DNA of 64,000 nt, from positions 1 through 64,000 of the forward strand of contig CAKSNH010000013.1 of NCBI GenBank assembly GCA_934476075.1. The letters run 5' to 3'. Source of the DNA: an uncultured Clostridia bacterium (GTDB taxonomy: Bacteria > Bacillota > Clostridia > UBA1381). The notes under the pieces were generated by a model that worked only from the letters and a program-made list of their open reading frames with translations, searched no databases and had not been told where the DNA came from. Of the stretch, positions 48,810 through 59,139 are shown piece by piece. The translations under genes and the position numbers were made by a program. Within the stretch, counting starts at the first letter, position 1; each line of letters begins with the position of its first letter.

Positions 48810-49395
48810 TACAAATAACGCATCTTCAATCATAAAAACAGGTTTGATTTTGTTTGCGATTACTGCGGTTGCGGCATTGGCTTTGGCGGTTGTAAACAAT
48901 GTCACTTATCCTGTTATTGAGAAGAATGATATCGAAAAGACAAATATGTCAATGGAAAACGTTATGAAAACTGCGGTTGAATTTGTCCCGACCGAAAATG
49001 ACGGTCAAAACGACAAGACGGTATCCGAAATATACACCGCAAAAGATGGCGAGGGCAATGTCATCGGCGTTTGCGTATGTGTGTCGCCTAACGGCTACGG
49101 CGGTGCGATAGATATGGTTGTCGGCGTGGATAAGGACAGCAAGGTTACGGGCGTGGATATTATAAATCAGTCCGAAACGGCGGGTCTTGGTGCGAATGCG
49201 GTAAAACCCGAATTTAAAGACCAATACATCGGCAAGAGCAAAATAGGCAAGGTTGTAAAGAACAATGTTACAGACAAAAAGGACGATGAAATAAACGCTA
49301 TTTCAAGTGCGACAATTACGTCAAAGGCGGTTACAAGCGGTGTAAATACTGCGATTGAAACAGCGGAACGTATTATGGCAAAGGAGGTTAAATAA
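48796..49395 (+). CDS. rnfG: Rnf complex subunit G (FMN-binding).
   Basis: TM anchor, then an FMN_bind domain (SGATITSKAVT). Confidence 0.8.
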   Translation: MAESNTNNASSIIKTGLILFAITAVAALALAVVNNVTYPVIEKNDIEKTNMSMENVMKTAVEFVPTENDGQNDKTVSEIYTAKDGEGNVIGVCVCVSPNGYGGAIDMVVGVDKDSKVTGVDIINQSETAGLGANAVKPEFKDQYIGKSKIGKVVKNNVTDKKDDEINAISSATITSKAVTSGVNTAIETAERIMAKEVK

Positions 49396-50015
49396 TGGAT
49401 AAGAAAAATTCAAATTTATCAATACTTTTAAACGGTTTAATTAAAGAAAATCCTACCTTTGTTCAGCTTTTGGGAATGTGTCCCACATTGGCGGTTACAA
49501 CAAGTCTTAAAAACGGTATCGGTATGGGATTGTCGGCGGCGGTTGTACTTACTGCGTCAAATATGCTTGTATCGCTTTTGCGTAAGATTATACCGTCAAA
49601 GGTTCGTATAGCGGCATATATCGTAATTATCGCTACGTTCGTTACAATTATACAAATGTGCCTTAATGCGTTTTTGCCCGACTTGGCGTCACAGCTTGGT
49701 ATATTCATACCGCTTATAGTTGTAAACTGTATTATATTGGCTCGTGCGGAGTCGTTTGCGTCAAAAAACGGTGTAGGCAAATCCGCACTTGACGGCTTGG
49801 GTATGGGACTTGGATTTACGGTCGCTTTGTCTATCATATCGGCAGTGAGAGAATTTTTCGGCTACGGCACAATTTTCGATATTCCCGTTTATGCCGATAA
49901 ACTTCCGCCGATTTCCATTATCTCACTTCCGCCGGGCGGATTTATCGTATTGGGATTATTGATTGCATTGATTAATTATATTATAGCAAAGAAAAAGGGG
50001 GATAAAGCAGTATGA
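49395..50015 (+). CDS. rnfE: Rnf complex subunit E.
   Basis: RnfE/NqrD-type sequence. Translationally coupled to rnfG. Confidence 0.85.
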   Translation: MDKKNSNLSILLNGLIKENPTFVQLLGMCPTLAVTTSLKNGIGMGLSAAVVLTASNMLVSLLRKIIPSKVRIAAYIVIIATFVTIIQMCLNAFLPDLASQLGIFIPLIVVNCIILARAESFASKNGVGKSALDGLGMGLGFTVALSIISAVREFFGYGTIFDIPVYADKLPPISIISLPPGGFIVLGLLIALINYIIAKKKGDKAV

Positions 50016-50590
50016 AAGAAGCAATTACGATTATAATTGCGGCATTGTTTACTCAAAACTTTGTTATGGTTAAGTTTATGGGAATATGTCCGTTTTTAGG
50101 TGTATCAAAGAAGATTGAAACGGCGGCAGGTATGGGAATGGCGGTAACATTCGTTATGGCTATTGCGTCTATGTTCACATATGCGGCAAATAAATTTCTG
50201 CTTGTTCCGTTCGGACTTGAATATTTGCAGACAATAGCGTTCATTTTGATTATTGCGGGTTTGGTGCAGTTTGTGGAAATGTTTGTGCAAAAGTCGATGC
50301 CGTCGCTGTATAATGCACTTGGTATATACTTGCCGCTTATCACAACAAACTGTGCGGTATTGGGTGTTACATTGCTTAACGTGCAAAACGAATACAACTT
50401 CATATATTCTGTTTTGTATGCGGTGTTTGCGGCACTTGGATTTACGCTTGCAATTATACTTTTTGCGGGTATTCGTGAATCGCTTAGTGAAAAGGAAATT
50501 CCAAAGCCGTTTAAAGGTTTCCCTATTGCGTTGATTACAGCCGGTTTGATGGCAATAGCATTTATGGGATTTTCGGGATTTACAATATGA
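50012..50590 (+). CDS. rnfA: Rnf complex subunit A.
   Basis: RnfA/NqrE-type sequence. Overlaps rnfE. Confidence 0.85.
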   Translation: MKEAITIIIAALFTQNFVMVKFMGICPFLGVSKKIETAAGMGMAVTFVMAIASMFTYAANKFLLVPFGLEYLQTIAFILIIAGLVQFVEMFVQKSMPSLYNALGIYLPLITTNCAVLGVTLLNVQNEYNFIYSVLYAVFAALGFTLAIILFAGIRESLSEKEIPKPFKGFPIALITAGLMAIAFMGFSGFTI

Positions 50591-50605
50591 TATAGGAGGG
50601 ATAAC

Positions 50606-51394
50606 ATGAATTCTATTTTAATAGCAGTTTTGGTCATAGGGGGAATAGGACTTTTGTTCGGTTGTCTGCTTGCCTATGCATCAATCATATTTGCAGTGAA
50701 GAAAGACCCTCGTATTGATGAGATTATAGAAGTATTGCCGGGTGCTAACTGCGGTGCGTGCGGATATGCCGGTTGCAGTGCGTTTGCGACTGCGGTGACG
50801 GAGGGCAATGCTCCCGTAAACGGCTGTGCGGTCGGTAAGGACGCAGTTGCGGCTAAGGTTGCCGATGTTATGGGTGTGAAAGCCGATAAGGTGGAAAAGA
50901 AAGTGGCAAAGGTTCGCTGTAACGGTACTTGCAGCAGTGCGGCGGATAAATACGAATATTTCGGCGTGGATAACTGTATTGCGGCAAATAAACTTGCGGG
51001 AGGCCCGAAAGCCTGTCCGTCGGGCTGTTTGGGTTTGGGTACTTGTGCAAGCGTTTGTCAGTTCGGTGCTATCAGTATTGTTGACGGCGTTGCGGTGATA
51101 GACAGTGAAAAGTGTACCGCCTGCGGTCAGTGTGCGAATATCTGCCCTAAGCATTTGATTGATATTGTACCCGACAAGAATGAATATTGGGTATTGTGCC
51201 ACAACAATGACAAGGGTGCAATGGTTAATAAATATTGCAAGGTCGGCTGTATCGGCTGTAAGATTTGCGAGAAAAATTGTCCGACCGGTGCGATTACGGT
51301 GGAAGATAATCTTGCAAGAATAGATTATGAAAAATGTGTGAACTGCGGTGCGTGTGCTGAGAAGTGCCCGAAGAAAGTAATTCATATTAAATAA
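50606..51394 (+). CDS. rnfB: Rnf complex subunit B (polyferredoxin).
   Basis: N-terminal TM followed by multiple CxxCxxCxxxCP ferredoxin motifs. Confidence 0.85.
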   Translation: MNSILIAVLVIGGIGLLFGCLLAYASIIFAVKKDPRIDEIIEVLPGANCGACGYAGCSAFATAVTEGNAPVNGCAVGKDAVAAKVADVMGVKADKVEKKVAKVRCNGTCSSAADKYEYFGVDNCIAANKLAGGPKACPSGCLGLGTCASVCQFGAISIVDGVAVIDSEKCTACGQCANICPKHLIDIVPDKNEYWVLCHNNDKGAMVNKYCKVGCIGCKICEKNCPTGAITVEDNLARIDYEKCVNCGACAEKCPKKVIHIK

Positions 51395-51542
51395 TATGTT
51401 TTGAAAGAATGGCTTGTGTATACGGGTCATTCTTTTTGTATTTGCGGTACAAAAATTATAGGATATGATTAATTTTATTGACAAAAGAGATAATTATATG
51501 TAAAATAAAGATAATAAATATTTTGGCAATGAGAGGAATTTT

Positions 51543-51716
51543 ATGTATAACAGTATTGTTTTTTTTGTGATGTGCATAGTTTTGGTTGCTTTGTTAATTT
51601 TCTTAATCAATAAAAAATATGTTCCGTCAATAGTGCTTGCCTGTATTGCAATATTGTTATATGTTGCGATTAATTGGAATGAGCTGTTTAAATTATATGT
51701 TTATATAATAAATTAG
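51543..51716 (+). CDS. Candidate small hydrophobic membrane protein (57 aa, two predicted TM helices). Not in the ORF track because it is shorter than 60 aa.
   Basis: MYNSIVFFVMCIVLVALLIFLINKKYVPSIVLACIAILLYVAINWNELFKLYVYIIN, preceded by GAGAGGAA 5 nt upstream of the ATG. Confidence 0.3.
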   Translation: MYNSIVFFVMCIVLVALLIFLINKKYVPSIVLACIAILLYVAINWNELFKLYVYIIN

Positions 51717-51731
51717 TATTAAGGAGAAATT

Positions 51732-52268
51732 ATGAAAATAAAAATTGTGACAGGCTGCATTGTAATTTTTGCGGTAATATTTTGTATAAAAATACTGCCG
51801 CTGTTTATGCCTATAAAATATGCGGTAAAAGAATTACCGCAAAACAGTGAATATTTTATTGTAGAGGGAATAAAAACAACAGGATATGAATGGCTGATTG
51901 TGGGTAATCAAAACGGGTGTGACAAGAGTTTATACAGAGAGATTAATATTTTAGGTAAAGCACCGTTTTATAAATTTTACAATGATGACAGTTCACGAGA
52001 TAATAGATATATATGCTATGGTGAAATTATTCACGATATACCTCGTCCCCGTCCGAATATGGGAGATGACAGGCTTATTGAAGAAGATGTACTGAGTGTG
52101 GATAGGTGGGATATTATGTATCCTGTGCAAAGAGATATGCTTTTTTTATCCGGAAATTATATTTGTCTTTATGATATATATTATGGCGAGCATTATACGG
52201 TCAAGGAAATGCTTAAAGGACTGTATATTTGGAACTATAAGTCCTTTATACCGGAAAATTTAAAATAA
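51732..52268 (+). CDS. Hypothetical protein with an N-terminal TM/signal segment.
   Basis: MKIKIVTGCIVIFAVIFCIKILPLF..., RBS AAGGAG. Confidence 0.4.
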   Translation: MKIKIVTGCIVIFAVIFCIKILPLFMPIKYAVKELPQNSEYFIVEGIKTTGYEWLIVGNQNGCDKSLYREINILGKAPFYKFYNDDSSRDNRYICYGEIIHDIPRPRPNMGDDRLIEEDVLSVDRWDIMYPVQRDMLFLSGNYICLYDIYYGEHYTVKEMLKGLYIWNYKSFIPENLK

Positions 52269-52274
52269 AAACAA

Positions 52275-52308
52275 CAGCAAAGCCAAGGGCTTTACTGTTG
52301 TTTTTTCA
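52275..52308. terminator. Bidirectional intrinsic terminator between the 51732 gene (+) and ndoA (-).
   Basis: AACAACAGCAAAGCC-AAG-GGCTTTACTGTTGTT followed by TTTT. Confidence 0.6.
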
Positions 52309-52401
52309 TATATGCTTATGTAGCCGTAAATTAAATAACAGCTACACCAGCCATATTATATTTCATTTTAAACCTCCCAAAACAATTCTTGTTTTGCCAA
52401 A

Positions 52402-52752
52402 TCAGAAATCTACCAAACCAAAACTTATGTTTAAGGCATCGTTCACCTGAGCCATAAGCCGGCTGTCCAAATGCCCGATTTTTTCTCTCAGACGCTTTTT
52501 GTCGATAGTACGCACTTGTTCCAGAAGAATTACCGAATCCTTGTTAAGACCGTATTCCTCGGCGGACAATTCTATGTGCGTAGGCATTTTCGCCTTATTG
52601 ATTTGTGAGGTAATTGCCGCTGCAATCACTGTGGGGCTGTACTTGTTCCCAATGTCGTTTTGAATAATCAAAACAGGACGGACTCCGCCTTGCTCCGAGC
52701 CGACAACGGGACTTAAATCGGCGTAATAAATATCTCCTCGTTTTACTATCAC
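52402..52752 (-). CDS. ndoA: Type II toxin, MazF/PemK-family endoribonuclease (EndoA/NdoA-like).
   Basis: [33 protein letters not shown]... Confidence 0.85.
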   Translation of the reverse strand: MIVKRGDIYYADLSPVVGSEQGGVRPVLIIQNDIGNKYSPTVIAAAITSQINKAKMPTHIELSAEEYGLNKDSVILLEQVRTIDKKRLREKIGHLDSRLMAQVNDALNISFGLVDF

Positions 52753-52754
52753 TG

Positions 52755-53030
52755 CTATTCACACTCCGCTAGTTTTTCCTCATAATGTTTCAAATTTTCT
52801 TCATCTGAACACAAGCACTCCTGTGCTATACTGAGATTAATTTTAGCCATTTCCTGATAACCACGAGCCAATTCCGCTTTTAATTCACGTTTGTGCTTTT
52901 CGCCAAGATAACTTTTCATCACATCACGAACTATATCACTGCGGTTTTTATTCTCTTTTTCTGCCAATTTATCTATTTCATCAACCAAATAATCGGGCAG
53001 GGTTATCAACACCTCTTTAAATTGTGACAA
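52755..53030 (-). CDS. ndoAI: Cognate antitoxin (ribbon-helix-helix/CopG-like, EndoAI/MazE-like).
   Basis: RHH-like N-terminus ([33 protein letters not shown]). A 2-nt gap before the toxin gene. Confidence 0.7.
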   Translation of the reverse strand: MSQFKEVLITLPDYLVDEIDKLAEKENKNRSDIVRDVMKSYLGEKHKRELKAELARGYQEMAKINLSIAQECLCSDEENLKHYEEKLAECE

Positions 53031-53093
53031 AGCAACCGAACCCCCTGTTTATTTAATATATCGCATTTTAGCAAGTGCTAAAAATACAGGCTC

Positions 53094-54281
53094 TTAATTG
53101 TAACAGTTTAAATAATTCAGTACCTTCACCGCCTTTCCGTCCGAAATATAAATTCTCGGAACTCGCTTTCCAATCATACAGATAATCTCATAATTGATTG
53201 TTCCAATCCAATTTGCAACGTCATCTGCCGTAATTGTATCAGCACCAAATATTGTTACTTCGTCACCGATATTTATATTCTTAACATTTGTGACGTCAAT
53301 CATACATTGGTCCATACAAATTCTTCCGATAACTTTTGCATTTTCTCCGTTTACATACATTTCTGCCTTACCGCTTAACAAACGTGAATATCCATCAGCA
53401 TAACCAACAGGAACAGTAGCTATTTTAGTTGTCTTATCGGTTATGTACGTTTTGCCGTAACTTACACCACGCTCGGCAGGCGTATTCTTGACGTGAGTGA
53501 CATCGGCTTTTACGCTCATTGCTGGTATCAGGTCAAGTTTTGATTTATCCACATCGTCCGACGGATACAAGCCGTAAAGGATAATCCCCGGACGCACCAT
53601 ATCCAAGTGCATTTCGGGATACATCATAATTCCGGCACTGTTGCATATATGTTTTATAGGTATATTGATATTTCTCTTTTCAAGCTCCGAGCACACCTTC
53701 ATAAACAAATCAAATTGCTTGTGGGTATAGCTTGTGTCCTTTTCATCGGAACAGGCAAAATGTGAGAAAATACCGTCTATCTGAATTGACGGCAGATTAT
53801 ATATCTTTTCTATTTCATTTATAGTATCTTCATTTTCAGCCAGAAAACCTATTCTGCTCATACCTGTGTCGATTTTAATATGAATTTTTGCCGTTTTGCC
53901 CATTTTAACAGCCTCATCGGATATGATTTTTGCAAATTCATAGCTGAATACGGACGGCATAATATCGTTTTCTATCATTTCCCCGACAGCCTCATAGCTG
54001 ACGCCGCCAAGCACCAAAATAGGTACGTCTATATTGTTCTTTCTAAGCTGCAACGCTTCCTCGACAAGTGCGACCGCCAAATAGTCCGCACCGTTTTCAA
54101 GCAGGGTTTTGGTCACCTCCAAAAAGCCGTGACCGTATGCGTCAGCTTTTACAACCGCCATGATTTTAGCGGATTTATTCGTAATATCTCTTATTGCTCT
54201 CATGTTATGTGCGATAGCGTCTAAATTAATTTCTGCCCATACACGTTTATTCATTTTTTGTTCCATAGCCTTTCCGCCCAC
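53094..54281 (-). CDS. alr: Alanine racemase (PLP-dependent). The start is ambiguous: 54281, 54266 or 54257.
   Basis: PLP-binding AVVKADAYGHG and Ala racemase C-terminal domain motifs. Confidence 0.85.
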   Translation of the reverse strand: MGGKAMEQKMNKRVWAEINLDAIAHNMRAIRDITNKSAKIMAVVKADAYGHGFLEVTKTLLENGADYLAVALVEEALQLRKNNIDVPILVLGGVSYEAVGEMIENDIMPSVFSYEFAKIISDEAVKMGKTAKIHIKIDTGMSRIGFLAENEDTINEIEKIYNLPSIQIDGIFSHFACSDEKDTSYTHKQFDLFMKVCSELEKRNINIPIKHICNSAGIMMYPEMHLDMVRPGIILYGLYPSDDVDKSKLDLIPAMSVKADVTHVKNTPAERGVSYGKTYITDKTTKIATVPVGYADGYSRLLSGKAEMYVNGENAKVIGRICMDQCMIDVTNVKNINIGDEVTIFGADTITADDVANWIGTINYEIICMIGKRVPRIYISDGKAVKVLNYLNCYN

Positions 54282-54401
54282 AAATTTATTGTCAGCCGAT
54301 ACATTGTGGGAATGTATCGGGTATGCTCATATCTGTTTCGGAACATACATAGTATATCATATATTTATGCTTACTTCCACAGGTAATATACGCACAATCG
54401 A

Positions 54402-55919
54402 CTATATTATTCCTGTCAAAGCACGGTAAATATTATCTGTTATCAAGGTAGGTGTAAGCGAATTTTCGCCCGAAGTTTCACTTGCAATATCGCCCGCTCT
54501 GCCGTGCAGATACACCGCCATGGCAGCCGCAGTCGGCTCATCGACACCACGTCCGATAAGCGAGGCAATCATTCCGGCAAGCACATCGCCGCTTCCGCCT
54601 GTCGCCATGCCCGAATTGCCCGTAGTATTAATATATTGCACACCGTCACAAGCGGTGACAATGGTATGATGTCCTTTCAGAACCAATGTAAGTCCGTATT
54701 TTGTCGCAAAATCCTCCGACAGCTTAAATCTGTTCCGCTCGCTCGGCATACATTTTGCCAGACGTGCAAATTCAACGTTGTGCGGAGTTATAATCACATT
54801 GGTCGAACAATCGTTAAGCATATCCATATCGAGTGCATACAAGCCGTCTGCGTCAAGCACAACGGGAACTTGTGCCTCTGCCAGTACACGCTTTAATATT
54901 TTGCGTATTTCGGGAGAACGTCCTATTCCGCAGCCGAACAGAATTACATCGGAGCTGTTCATTTTTTCGACAATCAAATCGGTTGCATCGTAGATTAGAT
55001 GTCCGTTGCTGTCGGGCAGGGGAACAGTCATAACTTCGGTAAGCTTGTTTTCCATTATCTCGTTAAGACTTGACGGAATACCAAGCGTTATAAGTCCGCT
55101 GCCCATATTAAGTGCCGCCTGTGATGCCATATAAGCCGCACCGGTCATACCGACGCTGCCGCCGACAATAAACACTTTCCCGTAAGTGCCCTTATGCGAA
55201 TTTGCCGTTCTTTTAGGAAAATTGTCCTTTACAAATTCATCGTCCAATACATTTTTATTGATTTTCTGTTCATCGATAATATACTGCGGTATGGATATAT
55301 CCGCACATACCAATTTTCCCATATAGTCCGCACCGTCAAAAAGGAACATACCCAATTTGTAACCTGCAAATGTAACGGTGGTATCGGCTTTTATGCAGAT
55401 TCCGCACACCTCTCCCGTATCTCCGTTTACACCGCTCGGTATGTCAACCGCAAGAGTATATTTTGACAGTGTGTTTATCGCCTCTATAATATCATGCGGC
55501 AAATCGAACACAAGACCGTGTATGCCCGTACCGTATATTGCGTCGATAACAATGTCGCATGATGAAATATAGTCGCTCGGAATATCGCACAAAAGGTCAA
55601 TATCTGCGTCCATATTTTCAAGTATTTCATAATTTATCAGTGCATCGCCCTTGAAGGTATTTCCGCACACCAAAAGAACACGCACATCAGCACCCGAATT
55701 TATCAAATGTCTGGCAATGGCAAATCCGTCACCGCCGTTGTTGCCCTTACCGCAAAATACACCTATACGCTTGTTTTTGAGGTCGCCGAACTCGGCTTTA
55801 AGTTCGTTTATACAAGCAATGGCGGCATTCTCCATCAAAATTATACTCGGTATTCTGCCCATGTCGCTTGCACAGCGGTCTATCTCACGCATTTGTGATG
55901 TATAACAAGCCTTTTTCAT
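54402..55919 (-). CDS. nnr: Bifunctional NAD(P)H-hydrate repair enzyme Nnr (epimerase plus ADP-dependent dehydratase; YjeF N- and C-domains).
   Basis: GKGNNGGDGFAIARHL (YjeF_N) and a C-terminal carbohydrate-kinase-like domain. Confidence 0.85.
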   Translation of the reverse strand: MKKACYTSQMREIDRCASDMGRIPSIILMENAAIACINELKAEFGDLKNKRIGVFCGKGNNGGDGFAIARHLINSGADVRVLLVCGNTFKGDALINYEILENMDADIDLLCDIPSDYISSCDIVIDAIYGTGIHGLVFDLPHDIIEAINTLSKYTLAVDIPSGVNGDTGEVCGICIKADTTVTFAGYKLGMFLFDGADYMGKLVCADISIPQYIIDEQKINKNVLDDEFVKDNFPKRTANSHKGTYGKVFIVGGSVGMTGAAYMASQAALNMGSGLITLGIPSSLNEIMENKLTEVMTVPLPDSNGHLIYDATDLIVEKMNSSDVILFGCGIGRSPEIRKILKRVLAEAQVPVVLDADGLYALDMDMLNDCSTNVIITPHNVEFARLAKCMPSERNRFKLSEDFATKYGLTLVLKGHHTIVTACDGVQYINTTGNSGMATGGSGDVLAGMIASLIGRGVDEPTAAAMAVYLHGRAGDIASETSGENSLTPTLITDNIYRALTGII

Positions 55920-55935
55920 AGCATTTGCCCCCTAA

Positions 55936-56304
55936 TTATTTTTCAGCAATTACATATGCTGTGGCATAATCTCTGCAATGTGAAATAGATACATGAAATC
56001 TTTTTATCCATTTTTTCTGTGCGGCTTTTTGAGCGTCACCCGATAATTCGATATAAGGCTTGCCCAATTCGTCACGCAGAATTTCAACTTCTCTCAAAGC
56101 AAAATTGCGTATACCCGTACCCAACGCTTTTGAAAAAGCCTCTTTTGCCGCATAATTACCGGCGATTTTTTCGTACTTATTCTTTTTGCTTTCAAAATAC
56201 TCGTTTTCTCTGTCGCTGAAATATTTCCGGCAGAAATTTTCCTTGTCTACCAATTCGGCAATTCTGTCAATTTCGATAATATCCGTACCGATTCCGATAA
56301 CCAT
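55936..56304 (-). CDS. acpS: Holo-[acyl-carrier-protein] synthase.
   Basis: MVIGIGTDIIEIDRI... 4'-PP transferase motif. The start is reassigned to 56304. Confidence 0.8.
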   Translation of the reverse strand: MVIGIGTDIIEIDRIAELVDKENFCRKYFSDRENEYFESKKNKYEKIAGNYAAKEAFSKALGTGIRNFALREVEILRDELGKPYIELSGDAQKAAQKKWIKRFHVSISHCRDYATAYVIAEK

Positions 56305-56329
56305 ACTTTTACCTCCCAATATTCCCAGT

Positions 56330-56845
56330 CTATGCATGAACATTCCGTGGATTTGCTTTTGCCAGTCCGTCTACAATTTTTTCGGTAGGCTGGAAAAGAA
56401 CCCTTTTCCTTTCTCCGTCACTGTAAAAATCGGCAAAATATATATTGTCGGCATTCTTGTCGCCGACCAATACCAATTTCTGTGACAAATTATTTTCGTT
56501 TTCATATTGATGTTTAAATTCAGGATTGTGTATGTTTGCACACAATTCCACTTCTTTAAAATTAATTGTGATGATTCGTTTTCTGCCGTTTTTGGCGATA
56601 ATTTTGTCGATGTCCAATTCGCCGTTGGTAAGGATATATTCATATTCAAGGTTTCTGCTGTTTATAATCAGATATACACCGTACCATGTAAAAGCCGCAA
56701 GCAGAACACCCAAACCCAGAATCAATGCGTTCAAAAGCATAAACGCAAGCGACAAAACAATCCCCAATATCACGCTTAAAACTATGATGACATAGTCTTT
56801 CGTGTCTTTTTTCTTTTTAATAATATATTCTGTATAAATATCCAT
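56330..56845 (-). CDS. Hypothetical small membrane protein.
   Basis: Two TM helices (VIIVLSVILGIVLSLAFMLLNALILGLGVLLAAFTWYGVYLII) followed by a soluble domain. RBS AAGAGGTG. Confidence 0.45.
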   Translation of the reverse strand: MDIYTEYIIKKKKDTKDYVIIVLSVILGIVLSLAFMLLNALILGLGVLLAAFTWYGVYLIINSRNLEYEYILTNGELDIDKIIAKNGRKRIITINFKEVELCANIHNPEFKHQYENENNLSQKLVLVGDKNADNIYFADFYSDGERKRVLFQPTEKIVDGLAKANPRNVHA

Positions 56846-56921
56846 AAAGCACCTCTTAATTAAAAAAACTTCTGATATAAAAGCCAAAAAAGGAAAATGC
56901 GGAACGCATTTCCCCTCTGTA

Positions 56922-57512
56922 CTATTTTTCGAGTCTATCCGCAAGTTTTGTATATAAGTTTTCCAATGCTCTTGCTCGGTGGCTTATTTTGTTTTTTTCT
57001 TCCTCGGTTGCCTGAGCAAAAGTTTTTTTCAACTCGTCCGAATAAAAAATAGGGTCATATCCGAACCCGCCGTCACCAATCGGTTCGTGGGTGATAGTAC
57101 CGGACACTGTTCCTTCGGCGGTTATCTCGTCACCGTCGGGGAATATCAGTGCGACAACCGATACAAACTGTGCTTTTCTGTTTTTGGTTTCGCCAAGCTC
57201 GTCAAGCACTTTCTGCATTTTTTCGGCATCGGTGGCATTTTCACCGGCATATCTTGCCGAATATACTCCCGGTCTGCCGTCCAATGCGTCAACGCAAAGC
57301 CCCGAATCGTCTGCTAAAACAGGTTCATCACACATCATCGCAATGGCTCTTGCTTTAATCAGAGCATTCTTTTCAAATGTGTCGCCCGTTTCTTCCACAT
57401 CAACATCAAGTCCGATTTCTTCGGAGGACACAATCGTAATATTCAGATTTCCGAGAATTGCCTCCAATTCTTTAATTTTGCCTTTATTTTTCGTAGCTGC
57501 AATAATTCTCAT
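56922..57512 (-). CDS. rdgB: Non-canonical purine NTP pyrophosphatase (RdgB/HAM1 family).
   Basis: MRIIAATKNKGKIKELEAIL... Ham1 family motifs. Confidence 0.85.
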   Translation of the reverse strand: MRIIAATKNKGKIKELEAILGNLNITIVSSEEIGLDVDVEETGDTFEKNALIKARAIAMMCDEPVLADDSGLCVDALDGRPGVYSARYAGENATDAEKMQKVLDELGETKNRKAQFVSVVALIFPDGDEITAEGTVSGTITHEPIGDGGFGYDPIFYSDELKKTFAQATEEEKNKISHRARALENLYTKLADRLEK

Positions 57513-57816
57513 TATTCTTCACCGTACCAATCCGCCGCTGATAACGCAGCATATATGTCATTTGTCATAGAGTAGTTTTCCGCAAAATGCAAAAACTCAT
57601 TCCGACAGTCGGCATATTCTGTATTTTCGGCTGTCAATACAGGCATAATATCCCTCCCGTACAATGGCATTATTATACATGACATTGCATTTTTTTCACA
57701 CTCATATATTATATTTTACTACATATGCGATGATTTTGCAAGCAGTAAATTATATAATGTTGAACAGGGTGTACACAGGCATGTAAATATTGATTTTGGG
57801 GAGAATAAGTGTTAGA

Positions 57817-57868
57817 ATAACCTCACGAAACAGGACGAAAGCAGAGATTTCTATGTTTCCTAACTTAA
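57817..57868 (+). repeat. Intergenic repeat family 2, copy C (5' part only; points into the 3' end of the histidine kinase gene on the opposite strand).
   Basis: GAATAACCTCACGAAACAGGACGAAAGCAGAGATTTCTATGTTTCC. Confidence 0.65.
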
Positions 57869-59139
57869 ATGTTAATATTTACTATATGAACAAATTCGTT
57901 ATCTTTAAGGACATGATAGTCATTTCCGTTATACTTGTCAGAAATACTTTTAATAATTTTCATACCCAGTCCGTGAAGCTTTTTGTCGGATTTATCTGTA
58001 TTGGGGTTATAGCTTGTACAGAAATTACGGCAGTCAAACACCAAATAGCAGTTTTTCCTGTAAATATTAAAGGTAATATATTTGTTGGCTGTTTCTTTTT
58101 CGCAATTTTCTATGGCATTGTCGAGCAGGTTTGAAATAATGCTGCATAAGTCCATGTCCGAAACGGATATATTGCTGATATTGACGGAGTTGATTTGAAT
58201 GTCGATATGACATTTTTGAGCATATTGCAGTTTGTTATATAATACCGCATCAGCAGCGGCATTGCTGCAAAAAGTGATGTTATTGGTCTTTTGTATGCTC
58301 TCGGTTAATTCGCTGATATATTTTGACAGTTCATCATTGGAATTGGTAAGATATAATGATTGAATTGTTTGCAGATGGTTTTTAAAATCATGTTGCAGTT
58401 TGCGAATATCCGTATACTTTTGTTTTAAATCTTCATAGTGCTGCTGTTGGAGCATTGTTTGATGTTCAATAAATGCACTTTCGGCGGCTCGTTTCCTTTG
58501 CAGTTTTGTGTGCTTATAAAGAAAGAAGAATGCGATAATACTAAATGTAAATGTGGTCACAGCAAGTGCTATAAAAGGTATATTTTTGTATTTATATATA
58601 TACAATGCGATAAAATATAAATTTACGCCGAGTATAAACAGGAATATGGAAATTGCTACGGTAAGATATTCCATGTTAAGCGATGAACTATCGGTATACT
58701 TGTGCACAAGCATTACAGTTAAACCGCATAATATAGCCATAACGCTGTATATCAGTATAACAGAAAGAATTGTGTAGATAGGGAAGTCCATAATGTCGGC
58801 ATAATTCATATGGAACACATATATCCCCATAAGACCGACAAATATTTCGCCGATAAATCCGTACAGACAATATGATACAACGGCGAGGAGTTTATGAGAT
58901 ATTTTTGCTTTATAAAAATAATTATAAATCAGAAATTGTACAACAAGAAAAGTGGGAAGTTTTATCATAAAATATTTGCTTATCGGCAAAAATATTATTT
59001 TTACGATTACTCTTGTTATGAAAAGCAGAATTGTGTTTTTGCGTACATCATCGGTTTTGTACGGAAATAATTTCATTCCGTATACAATTTGCAAAACCTC
59101 GTCTATCAAATAGCCGAGTGTGATATAAATATTTAACAT
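57865..59139 (-). CDS. Sensor histidine kinase of the AgrC/VirS/ComD type (HPK10, GHKL ATPase) with a 6-7 TM sensor domain.
   Basis: Polytopic N-terminus, H-box KLQHDFKNHLQTI, ATPase motifs SNLLDNAIEN ... GLGMKI. Confidence 0.75.
   Translation of the reverse strand: MLNIYITLGYLIDEVLQIVYGMKLFPYKTDDVRKNTILLFITRVIVKIIFLPISKYFMIKLPTFLVVQFLIYNYFYKAKISHKLLAVVSYCLYGFIGEIFVGLMGIYVFHMNYADIMDFPIYTILSVILIYSVMAILCGLTVMLVHKYTDSSSLNMEYLTVAISIFLFILGVNLYFIALYIYKYKNIPFIALAVTTFTFSIIAFFFLYKHTKLQRKRAAESAFIEHQTMLQQQHYEDLKQKYTDIRKLQHDFKNHLQTIQSLYLTNSNDELSKYISELTESIQKTNNITFCSNAAADAVLYNKLQYAQKCHIDIQINSVNISNISVSDMDLCSIISNLLDNAIENCEKETANKYITFNIYRKNCYLVFDCRNFCTSYNPNTDKSDKKLHGLGMKIIKSISDKYNGNDYHVLKDNEFVHIVNINI

Noticed and set aside
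50681-51484. 267-aa minus-strand ORF, and 194-aa and 124-aa antisense ORFs over rnfA, rnfB and rnfE.
   Set aside because: They are antisense to strongly supported Rnf subunits and show no independent coding signal.
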